Below the pieces are notes generated by a model, which was given only the letters and a program-made list of their open reading frames with translations, ran no database searches and was not told the origin of the DNA. DNA of 40,272 bases. Origin: Candidatus Hermodarchaeota archaeon (GTDB taxonomy: Archaea > Asgardarchaeota > Lokiarchaeia > Sigyniarchaeales > SOKP01). The DNA is taken from contig JBHLLP010000027.1 of the NCBI GenBank assembly GCA_048885525.1, forward strand, positions 7,118-47,389, written 5' to 3'. The translations under genes and the position numbers were made by a program. Positions 19,581 to 28,092 of this stretch are shown one piece after another. Position 1 is the first letter of the stretch. Every line of letters starts with the position of its first letter.

Positions 19581-20402
19581 TTACTTTTCTTTTGGAAACC
19601 ATGGGAAAAATACACGTGTTTTCCGCTTATATTCTGCATATTTATCATCACCTTCAAATCTCTTATCAAGAAGTCTTATTCCGGAGACTTTAATAATCAT
19701 ATAGGTAATAAATATTGGTCCTATAATACTTATAAAACCGAATGGAGTTGCAAGTGCAATTATATATATTCCCCACCATTGAGTTACCTCACCAAAATAA
19801 TTAGGATGCTGTGAATATTTCCATAAGCCTTTGTCTAATACTTTACCTTTATTATTTGGATCTTGCTTAAATCTATAAAGCTGGTAATCTCCAAAAGTTT
19901 CAAATAAAAATCCTATTAGCCATACTATTATTCCAATCCATAAAGTAAGTCCGATAAAGTCAACAAAGCTTTCTAATGGAGGATTTGGACTTATATTAAC
20001 AAACCAGACGGGAAAAGCAACTATAAATATAACAATCCCTTGAAAAATGTACACTCGTATAAGGCTTTTCAAGATAATGTTAGTTTTCCATCTCCGTCTC
20101 ATAGCTGCATATCGATAATCTTCTGGTTTCCCTCGATTTCTAATAAAGACATATGTGGCAAGTCTGATAGACCAAATTATTACTAACACTGTAACTATAA
20201 TTTGGCGAATATTTACCGTGTTGTTTATTATAAAATAGTATATTACACTGGTTAGAGCTACTACAGAATATCCAGGTCCATAGAAGATATCCATTAGACC
20301 ATTATTTTTTTTTATTGTACCAACCACAAAAGCTATAAAAAGATATATTAAAAGAAACAACGCAGAATATCCTATGATAATTAACATATTTTCTATTGTC
20401 AT
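19581..20402 (-). CDS. DUF1295 family membrane protein (steroid 5-alpha-reductase-like)
   Basis: EDYRY, GDYQLYRFK, GLWKYSQHPNYFGE, YAEYKRKTRVFFPWFP motifs; multiple TM segments. Confidence 0.9.
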   Translation of the reverse strand: MTIENMLIIIGYSALFLLIYLFIAFVVGTIKKNNGLMDIFYGPGYSVVALTSVIYYFIINNTVNIRQIIVTVLVIIWSIRLATYVFIRNRGKPEDYRYAAMRRRWKTNIILKSLIRVYIFQGIVIFIVAFPVWFVNISPNPPLESFVDFIGLTLWIGIIVWLIGFLFETFGDYQLYRFKQDPNNKGKVLDKGLWKYSQHPNYFGEVTQWWGIYIIALATPFGFISIIGPIFITYMIIKVSGIRLLDKRFEGDDKYAEYKRKTRVFFPWFPKEK

Positions 20403-20486
20403 TTTTTTTTCCTATATTTAATCGTTTAATACCAATAATTGAATCATATTTTTATTATTTTATCTTATAAAAATTAAGATTATCTG

Positions 20487-20518
20487 AAATTAGTAATTCA
20501 AATCTGGATTTTTCTTTA
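20487..20518. repeat. 32-bp imperfect direct repeat, copy 1 (copy 2 at 23441-23472)
   Basis: AAATTAGTAATTCAAATCTGGATTTTTCTTTA vs AAATTATTAATTCCAATCTGGATTTTCCTTTA, 29/32 identical. Confidence 0.7.
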
Positions 20519-20561
20519 TTACCAAAAATAGGATATCTCTGATAATAACTAAATGCTGTAT

Positions 20562-21410
20562 TTATTCTATTTGTACTTGCTTATCTTTTCGTAGAGTATA
20601 CAATTCTTCAAATTTTATTTTTGTTTTTATTTTCTCTTCAGCTTGTCTTTTAATTATATCTTCTAGACCATCTTCAAAAAATACATTTTTTTTGAATTTT
20701 TTTGCTGGTCCACCCAAATAAACCCAACCTTCTTCTAATTCCTGTCCTACGGTGGTCATAGAACTGCCAGCTAAAATTGAATTTCTTTTTATATGGGTTC
20801 CAGGCATTACAACGCTATGGGCTCCAATAACAACATTATCTTCTATGACTGTTTTTCTTAAAATAAATAGATTCCCAACTATAACCGCTGATTGGATGAT
20901 CGCACTTTGCCCAACTACTACATGCTTACCGAATTCTATGAATTCTGTATCAATAAATCCTTCAAAGAGAGAATTTGAGAATGTAGTTTTTATTCCAAAC
21001 ACTTTTAAACATATATTATCTAGAAATGGAAAGGGAAATTTATGAGATAGCCATAATGGCCATTTTTTTATCGTACTTCTTAAACTCCAATATCTAAAAT
21101 CCTTATCAGAATGATGTCTGAGAAAAACTCCTTCTCTAGGTTTATGAATTAGATTAATAATAACTAGTAATAGTTTCGCAAAAAATAAAGAAACGAATAC
21201 AGAGGTTAAATACATTATAAAAATTAAAATTGGTAGAAAAAATAAGAATTGAATAAATTTTGGTTCATAAAGTCTCCAAATAAACCATAGTTCAAATTGA
21301 ATCGAAAAAATACTTATCCAAATTAGAAATATATAAAAAATCAAGTACCTCTTCTTTACTATAGTCAGAGTAGTATTTGGACCAACATTTAAACTTGAAG
21401 GCACAGACAT
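20562..21410 (-). CDS. Membrane LbH acyltransferase-like protein, module C
   Basis: Close paralog of 15589-16437, same length (282 aa). Confidence 0.85.
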   Translation of the reverse strand: MSVPSSLNVGPNTTLTIVKKRYLIFYIFLIWISIFSIQFELWFIWRLYEPKFIQFLFFLPILIFIMYLTSVFVSLFFAKLLLVIINLIHKPREGVFLRHHSDKDFRYWSLRSTIKKWPLWLSHKFPFPFLDNICLKVFGIKTTFSNSLFEGFIDTEFIEFGKHVVVGQSAIIQSAVIVGNLFILRKTVIEDNVVIGAHSVVMPGTHIKRNSILAGSSMTTVGQELEEGWVYLGGPAKKFKKNVFFEDGLEDIIKRQAEEKIKTKIKFEELYTLRKDKQVQIE

Positions 21411-21415
21411 TTCTT

Positions 21416-22306
21416 TTACTCCTCCTTATTACCATTTAAAAGCTCTTTCTTATCTTCATCAATATTTACTTCTTGTTCAACTTCATATTTCACTTCTTCA
21501 TCTACTTGTCTCCTTAAAATTACATCACGTCTTTGTTCTGCATATTTATTAGGCTTCAATTTTCTTGCGATTGGTTGACCCAAATAAATCCAAGCTTGTT
21601 CTATAAGTTGGTTGGGAATAGTTGTAGTAAAGCCACCAAGTATAGATTCTTTACCCATAATTGTACCTGGAGAAACATTTGACATACCACCGACTACTAT
21701 ATGATCTCCAAGGATGATTCTTTTGATTATTAAATAGTTTCCTACCACCATTGAGCTCATCACTGCAGTTCCTTGTCCAACAGTAATATTTCGGCCAAAC
21801 TCTATAAATTCTCCGTCAACCCAAGCGTCCTGGGCATGACTAGAAAAATCAATTCTTACACCCAACCATCTAAATCCCCACATAACGACCCATGGGAGAG
21901 GTCCTCTACTCATGAACCAAAGAACCAATTTTTTTAGTTCTACTCGAAGTCTCCAGAATTCATAATCTTGATCTCCCTCTTCTGCTCTAAACACGCCCTC
22001 TTTAGGGCGATGAAGCATATTTATTATGAGGATGAATGCTTTTGTAAAGATTGCAATACCAAATATAAAAATGAAATATAAAATGAATACCCATACTGGT
22101 AGTAAAAACATATTTATATACCATGGAATATATAGTGAAACATCGAAAAATACTGCAACAGCCATATAGCCTGAAATCCATAGGATAGGGATATAGAGAG
22201 CTAGAAATTTAATACCAATTCTACTAATAGCACTACTTGTAACAAAATCAATAGTATAATCTCTTTCTTTCTTATTAATTTTACTCAGTTCCGGATCTTC
22301 AATCAT
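21416..22306 (-). CDS. Membrane LbH acyltransferase-like protein, stand-alone module B
   Basis: Close paralog of 16443-17333, same length (296 aa). Confidence 0.85.
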   Translation of the reverse strand: MIEDPELSKINKKERDYTIDFVTSSAISRIGIKFLALYIPILWISGYMAVAVFFDVSLYIPWYINMFLLPVWVFILYFIFIFGIAIFTKAFILIINMLHRPKEGVFRAEEGDQDYEFWRLRVELKKLVLWFMSRGPLPWVVMWGFRWLGVRIDFSSHAQDAWVDGEFIEFGRNITVGQGTAVMSSMVVGNYLIIKRIILGDHIVVGGMSNVSPGTIMGKESILGGFTTTIPNQLIEQAWIYLGQPIARKLKPNKYAEQRRDVILRRQVDEEVKYEVEQEVNIDEDKKELLNGNKEE

Positions 22307-23222
22307 TTAATAAATTCCTTCTTTTTTTCTTTTTCTTACTTTCTGATAAACTTAACTTTTGAGTTAGCTCTTGAGCTTTTTGTAGATCATCCTCAGTAAC
22401 TTGAAGGTAATCCATAATCTTCTTTTTAAAAATCTTCCTAAGAGGAGCACCAAAATAGATCGCATTCCCCTTCAATATATTATACTTAGTTACTCCCGTC
22501 ATTGGTAACCATGATGAGTTATCACCTGTATCAACTCCGGGAGCTACACAATTAAACCCAGCAGTAGTGAAATTATTTCCTATTTTTACTTTTGCAAATG
22601 AAATATTACCAAAAATGCCCTCAACAGTATGAGAACTCACACCTGCATTTGTACCAATATAACAATTTTCTCCAATTTCTACAAATCTATCTCCCGCAAG
22701 TTGTTCCTCAATGACAGAACCTTTCCCTATTACGTTAGTTCTAGCAAAATTATACATCCATTTTAATAACCATGGAAAAGGACCACGTGAAAAAGCATTC
22801 TTTGGATATTTGATGATAAAGCTACGAAAGTGATAATAATTTAATGTTTTACTAGGAATATTTCTAGGAATAATTCCTGACTTTGTAGGAGATCTTTTTT
22901 CCGAAAAACTCCAATACCAACGGGTTATTAAAGCTACAATAAATAGATGAATTAAATAACATATTATAATGATAAATGGAATTGTTAAAGAGGCAATTAA
23001 GGAAGGTAGATTAGTAAAAAGAACAATAAAACTTTGCTCTTTTAAGAAATTTGGTAGATAAAATAACATAATATAAAGCATGAAAATTATCGCTGGAACT
23101 AAAAATGAGCAAAAGTACATAAAAAAGAATGCTGGTAACCAAAAATGCAATTTTAGACTAATTTCTTCTTTAATAATATTATTTCCAGAATTTTCTTTTT
23201 GTTCTGAATTTTGTGATTCCAA
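22299..23222 (-). CDS. Membrane LbH acyltransferase-like protein, stand-alone module A
   Basis: Paralog of 17323-18246. Start moved to TTG at 23222 (MESQ.. matches MESR.. of the paralog); the GTG at 23234 sits in the shared TAACTTTTGTG RBS-like motif. Confidence 0.85.
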   Translation of the reverse strand: MESQNSEQKENSGNNIIKEEISLKLHFWLPAFFFMYFCSFLVPAIIFMLYIMLFYLPNFLKEQSFIVLFTNLPSLIASLTIPFIIIICYLIHLFIVALITRWYWSFSEKRSPTKSGIIPRNIPSKTLNYYHFRSFIIKYPKNAFSRGPFPWLLKWMYNFARTNVIGKGSVIEEQLAGDRFVEIGENCYIGTNAGVSSHTVEGIFGNISFAKVKIGNNFTTAGFNCVAPGVDTGDNSSWLPMTGVTKYNILKGNAIYFGAPLRKIFKKKIMDYLQVTEDDLQKAQELTQKLSLSESKKKKKRRNLLND

Positions 23223-23295
23223 CTTTTTTCCCACAAAAGTTATGTAATTCTTTTTTAGAGCTTTTCTATTACTTTCTTTTTTTAATACACTTGAC

Positions 23296-23322
23296 TATTT
23301 AAAAATTTTCAGATTGAAAATC
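23296..23322 (-). promoter_or_regulatory. Putative TATA box plus perfect inverted repeat ATTTTCA-GAT-TGAAAAT
   Basis: Inverted repeat at 23305-23321 immediately upstream (minus strand) of TTTAAATA; conserved with 18320-18346. Confidence 0.55.
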
Positions 23323-23440
23323 GTAGTATTAGTGAAAAAAGTATAAAATTTCGAATATGTAAAGAATTTAATAGATTCTTTTAAATTTCTTTAAAGTTTT
23401 TCTCTAATATAATGATTACTTTATCAACTTAAATACCTAA

Positions 23441-23472
23441 AAATTATTAATTCCAATCTGGATTTTCCTTTA
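23441..23472. repeat. 32-bp imperfect direct repeat, copy 2
   Basis: Matches 20487-20518 at 29/32 positions. Confidence 0.7.
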
Positions 23473-23767
23473 AATATTCCCAATTATTTTATATTAAATG
23501 AGAACCGACATAATTTCGACGAAAAAATATCAAGGATTTTATGAAATAAAACCAATAAAAATATATGTACAGATTTGTGTATGTTGCATAGATTTATCAA
23601 ACCATAAATAAGCAAAACTTAAAGAGCTCAATCAATAGCTTAATATAAAGTAAACATTAATTTTAAATTAAAAGAAATCATAAGTTTATAGGACGGTTAA
23701 GGCAAAAAAAATTAATAAGTAATTAATTTAGCCGATAAAATTACAAAAGTAATATTTTATATAAATT

Positions 23768-26014
23768 TTGATGAAGAAAATGCCCAATAATTCGTTTTCG
23801 TTAATTGATTTATATCCTAAATATGTTATTAATTCAAAAGGGGAGAAGAAAGAATTTGATGAAACAAGTATAGCTAAGGTTCTAAACAAAGAAACTGGAC
23901 TCGATATGCATATTGCGGAAAAAATTGCTGAAGATACAATTAGAAAGATAATTGGTCTCGGAGTTAAAGAGATTACTACCAACTATATAAGAGAATTAGT
24001 CTGTGTTGAATTGACGCAAAGAGGACTGAATAAATACCGGAATCTTTTTGCAAGGGCTATTAATTTAGAAAATATTTCATTTAAACTTGATGAGGAGTTT
24101 TTAGACAATTTTAAAGGTAAACAACCTGATTGGGGGCCCTTAGGATATATAACTTATAAACGTACTTATGCTAGAATTATTGAAGAAGAGAATAGAAAAG
24201 AGGAATTCTGGGAAACAATTAGAAGAGTTGTAGAAGGGTGCTATTCGGTTCAGAAAGAACATTGTATAAAACTAAGCTTACCTTGGAGTGATGAGAAAGC
24301 TCAAAAATCTGCTCAGATAATGTTTGAAAAAATATGGAATTTCAAATTTCTACCTCCTGGGCGCGGTTTATGGATGATGGGAACAGAATTTATAGCCCGT
24401 CATGGATCAATGTCTTTAAATAATTGTGGATTTGCTTCTACAGAGGATATTAATCTTAAGTACTCTAAAGCCTTCGAGTTTGTTATGGATGCGTTAATGC
24501 TTGGTGTTGGAGTCGGTTTTGATACTAAAGGCGCAGGGAAAATTACAATAAAGCACCCTAAAGAAGGGCATTTCGAATTTAAATTACCTGATAGTAGGGA
24601 AGGATGGGTTGAAGCTTTAAAATTAATGTTAGAAGCATATTTTTTAGGGAAGCAAGTACCTCAATATGATTTCAGTTTAATCAGATCTGCTGGTGAACCT
24701 ATACGAGGTTTTGGAGGGATAGCTTCCGGACCTGAGCCGTTGAAGCAAATGTTAGTAGATGTTCAAAAAATTTTAGAATCTCGTATAGGTCAGAAAATTA
24801 CTTCTATTGACATTGTAGATATCATGAATTACATCGGGAAATGTGTAGTAGCTGGAAATGTACGTAGGAGTGCTGAAATTGCCTTAGGTGATCCAGCAGA
24901 TATGGATTTTGTGATGTGTAAACAAGATGAAGAAGCATTATATTCTCATAGATGGGCAAGTAATAACTCTGTTTTTGCCGTTAAGGGCTTAGATTATTCA
25001 TTTATTGCGAATCAAATTGCAGTTAATGGAGAACCCGGAGTATTTTGGCTAGAAAATGCTAAAGCATATTCAAGAATGGGAGATTCACCTGATTTTAAGG
25101 ATAAGAAGGCAGCAGGGGTTAATCCTTGTGGTGAACAGACCCTCGAGAGTTTCGAGTTGTGTTGCTTAGTCGAAACTTTTCCATCTAGGCATGAAACATA
25201 TGAAGAATTCCAAGAAACCTTAAAATATGCGTATCTTTATTCAAAATCGGTTACTTTAGTTAATACACATTGGCAAGAAACAAACGCCGTAATGTTGAAA
25301 AATCGACGAATGGGTATTTCACAAACTGGAATAATTGAAGCTTTTGTGAGACATGGTAGACGGAAGATATTAGAGTGGTGTGGTAGAGCATATAATTATT
25401 TACAAGAATTGGATGAACAATATTCTGGCTGGCTTTGTATTCCACGCTCAATTAAAATAACTACCGTAAAGCCCAGCGGTACGGTGAGCCTACTTCCTGG
25501 AGTTCCACCTGGAATTCATTATCCCCATTCTAAATATTATATTAGAAGAATTCGGTTATCCAAGAACTCTGATCTTATTGAACATGTTAAAAAAGCTGGA
25601 TACAAAATTGAAGATGATTTATATTCACCTAATACAGTTGTAGCAGAATTCCCTATTTACGAAAAATATTTTGATCGTTCAAAAAATGAGGTTTCAATTT
25701 GGGAGCAAGCTGAAAATGCCGCAGCGTATCAAAAATACTGGTCAGATAATCAAGTATCGATAACCATCACATTTAAAGAGGAAGAAGCAGACCAGATTAA
25801 GCATGTTCTTGAATGTTATGAAGATAAACTTAAAAGCGTAAGTTTCTTACCCATAAAAGAACATGGATATAAACAGGCGCCTTATGAAGAAATTACTAAG
25901 GAACAATATGAAGAAATAATAGCTAAACTTAAATCGTTTAATTTAGATAAGACAAGAGATCGAGCTATAGGAGAAAAGTTCTGCGATTCTGACAGGTGTG
26001 AAGTTCGGTTTTAA
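23768..26014 (+). CDS. nrdJ: Class II (adenosylcobalamin-dependent) ribonucleotide reductase with N-terminal ATP-cone
   Basis: ATP-cone (VINSKGEKKEFDETSI..IRELVCVEL), PPGRGLW, LNNC, GNVRRSA, NPCGEQ, TTVKPSGT, C-terminal CDSDRC. True start may be the ATG at 23771 or 23780. Confidence 0.93.
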   Translation: MMKKMPNNSFSLIDLYPKYVINSKGEKKEFDETSIAKVLNKETGLDMHIAEKIAEDTIRKIIGLGVKEITTNYIRELVCVELTQRGLNKYRNLFARAINLENISFKLDEEFLDNFKGKQPDWGPLGYITYKRTYARIIEEENRKEEFWETIRRVVEGCYSVQKEHCIKLSLPWSDEKAQKSAQIMFEKIWNFKFLPPGRGLWMMGTEFIARHGSMSLNNCGFASTEDINLKYSKAFEFVMDALMLGVGVGFDTKGAGKITIKHPKEGHFEFKLPDSREGWVEALKLMLEAYFLGKQVPQYDFSLIRSAGEPIRGFGGIASGPEPLKQMLVDVQKILESRIGQKITSIDIVDIMNYIGKCVVAGNVRRSAEIALGDPADMDFVMCKQDEEALYSHRWASNNSVFAVKGLDYSFIANQIAVNGEPGVFWLENAKAYSRMGDSPDFKDKKAAGVNPCGEQTLESFELCCLVETFPSRHETYEEFQETLKYAYLYSKSVTLVNTHWQETNAVMLKNRRMGISQTGIIEAFVRHGRRKILEWCGRAYNYLQELDEQYSGWLCIPRSIKITTVKPSGTVSLLPGVPPGIHYPHSKYYIRRIRLSKNSDLIEHVKKAGYKIEDDLYSPNTVVAEFPIYEKYFDRSKNEVSIWEQAENAAAYQKYWSDNQVSITITFKEEEADQIKHVLECYEDKLKSVSFLPIKEHGYKQAPYEEITKEQYEEIIAKLKSFNLDKTRDRAIGEKFCDSDRCEVRF

Positions 26015-26194
26015 CCAAATAAATATCATATTAAATTTCTAAAGAAATACTCATTTATATTTTTACTATAGATAAAAATTCATTTTAGATTTAATGTTAA
26101 AAATCTATTTATATTCACGTAAAATCATTAATTATAGAATAAATTAAAAAAAAACTAATAATAGTGATTATTAAGAATTTGAGGTGAGAGTATT

Positions 26195-27862
26195 ATGAAA
26201 TTGATTAAAGGATTTCCAACTGAAACTGAAGGAGGAACTATTTATCAATTAAACGTTATAAATTTCATGAAACATGCTGTTAGAAATTTCGCAAGACAAG
26301 AGATTATAAGTAGAAAATTTGATGGTACTCTTTTTCGATATACATATAAGGAATCATATGAGAGAATGCAACGATTAGCAAATGCATTAGAATCAATTGG
26401 AGTTAAAGTAGCTGATAGGGTTGGTGTTTTAGCATGGAATACTCACCAACATTATGAGATATATTATGGATTACCAGGTATGGGCGCAGTAATGGTTACC
26501 TTGAATTTACGTCTTGCTCCTCATGATTTAGCTTATATTGTAAATCATTCTGAAACAAAGTATATTATTGTTGATGAAGATTTAATCCAAATAGCAGAAA
26601 ATATAGCAAATTTGTGTGATAAAGTAAAAGGCTATATTATTATCACTGATAAGAATTTAAAGGATATAGAGACGAATCTAACCCCGATTTATAATTATGA
26701 AGAAATCTTGAGTAAAGCTTTACCAAAATATGAATGGCTAAATCTTGATGAAAATTCGGCATATGCGGCTTGTTATACTACAGGTACTACAGGAAAACCT
26801 AAAGGTGTTTATTACTCTCATCGAAATTTGTATTTGCAAACTTTAATGTTCGCGGCTTATTTTTCTTTTACAGTAAATGATGTTGTTTTACAGTTAGTAC
26901 CTATGTTTCATGTTTTGGGTTGGTCAATGCCGCATGCTGCCACATATGTTGGCGCTAAATTAATTTTCTCAGGAAAGTGGAATTTAAATGATGTTGATGA
27001 ACTTACTAAAATCATGGTTCAAGAAAAAGTATCTTTAACTGGAGGTGTTCCGGCTGTTTTTATGGCAATGCTAGAAGTTATAAAAAAAATGGAAAAAAAA
27101 CCAAATTTTAGTAGTACTCGTTTGATCTGTGGCGGTTCTGAACCACCAATTGCTTTAATGCGTGGTTTTTGGGATGAAACTGGTGGAGAAATAATTCATT
27201 CTTATGGTTCTACAGAAGCTATGTCAAATAGTACCCTAAATTCATTTAAACCATGGCTTAAAAAAGAACTTCCAGAAGAAGAACTATGGGAACTCAAGAA
27301 AAAACAAGGTATAATCGTTTCTGGGCTTGATGTAAAAGTTGTTGATGAGAATGGTAATGAACTACCTCATGATGGTAAATCTTCAGGTGAAATTCTTTTC
27401 CGTGGACCTTGGGTTACTACAAATTACTATAAGGCACCTTATACAATGAATTGTTTTACTGAAGATGGATACTTTAGGAGTGGTGATGCTGGTTGTATAG
27501 ACTCTGAAGGATATCTTAAAATAACTGATAGAATGAAAGATGTAATTAAAAGCGGTGGAGAGTGGATTAGCTCAATTGACATGGAAAATTCAATATTAAA
27601 TCATCCAGGAGTCCTTGAAGCTGCAGTGATCGGTGTTCCTCATCCAAAATGGGACGAAAGACCCTTAGCATTAATTGTTTTACGAGAAGGATTTCAATCA
27701 ATGAAAAAAGAAGAAATCCAAGGACATCTTGCTAAGAACTTCGCTAAGTGGCAATTACCTGAAGAAATTTTATTTGTAGAATCAATTCCTAGAACTAGTG
27801 TAGGGAAGCTTGATAAAAAAATAATGAGAACTGAATATCAAGATTTTTTTACAAAAAGTTAG
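26195..27862 (+). CDS. Fatty-acid/acyl-CoA ligase (AMP-binding, AlkK-like medium/long-chain)
   Basis: YTTGTTGKPKG, YGSTE, RSGD, DRMKDVIKSGGEWISS, PRTSVGK. GAGGTGA RBS upstream. Confidence 0.93.
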   Translation: MKLIKGFPTETEGGTIYQLNVINFMKHAVRNFARQEIISRKFDGTLFRYTYKESYERMQRLANALESIGVKVADRVGVLAWNTHQHYEIYYGLPGMGAVMVTLNLRLAPHDLAYIVNHSETKYIIVDEDLIQIAENIANLCDKVKGYIIITDKNLKDIETNLTPIYNYEEILSKALPKYEWLNLDENSAYAACYTTGTTGKPKGVYYSHRNLYLQTLMFAAYFSFTVNDVVLQLVPMFHVLGWSMPHAATYVGAKLIFSGKWNLNDVDELTKIMVQEKVSLTGGVPAVFMAMLEVIKKMEKKPNFSSTRLICGGSEPPIALMRGFWDETGGEIIHSYGSTEAMSNSTLNSFKPWLKKELPEEELWELKKKQGIIVSGLDVKVVDENGNELPHDGKSSGEILFRGPWVTTNYYKAPYTMNCFTEDGYFRSGDAGCIDSEGYLKITDRMKDVIKSGGEWISSIDMENSILNHPGVLEAAVIGVPHPKWDERPLALIVLREGFQSMKKEEIQGHLAKNFAKWQLPEEILFVESIPRTSVGKLDKKIMRTEYQDFFTKS

Positions 27863-27994
27863 GTATTATTAAGATTATTTCAGAAATTAAAAGAATATAG
27901 AAAACTAATAGTTATTGTAGGATATACTTGTCTATTATTAGCTGTATTAATACTAATAACAAATTTGACTATTTTTTTATCATTAAACATTTTG

Positions 27995-28034
27995 ATTAAG
28001 TTTTTAAAAGTGTGGGTAATAAGATAATCTTAAG
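27995..28034 (+). promoter_or_regulatory. Conserved promoter: TTTTTAAAA box and palindrome TAAGAT-A-ATCTTA (28020-28032)
   Basis: The same block is found at 32146-32185 upstream of the paralogous gene. Confidence 0.55.
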
Positions 28035-28092
28035 TACTTACAAGTATGTCAATAAAATTGTAGAAGTATCATATTGATAAATTAAGATTTTC

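Noticed and set aside
20475-20487. TAAGAT-T-ATCTGA as a third copy of the 28020/32171 palindrome
   Set aside because: Imperfect and easily generated by chance in AT-rich DNA; flanking context is not shared.
23223-23234. GTG start at 23234 from the ORF track
   Set aside because: Paralog alignment puts the start at TTG 23222; the GTG belongs to the shared RBS-like motif.
20487-23472. CRISPR array or IS element suggested by the 32-bp repeats
   Set aside because: Only two copies about 3 kb apart, with no spacers, cas genes, transposase or integrase in the window.
23330-23767. Cobalamin riboswitch or ncRNA upstream of nrdJ
   Set aside because: Very AT-rich; no B12-box or GC-rich helices visible.
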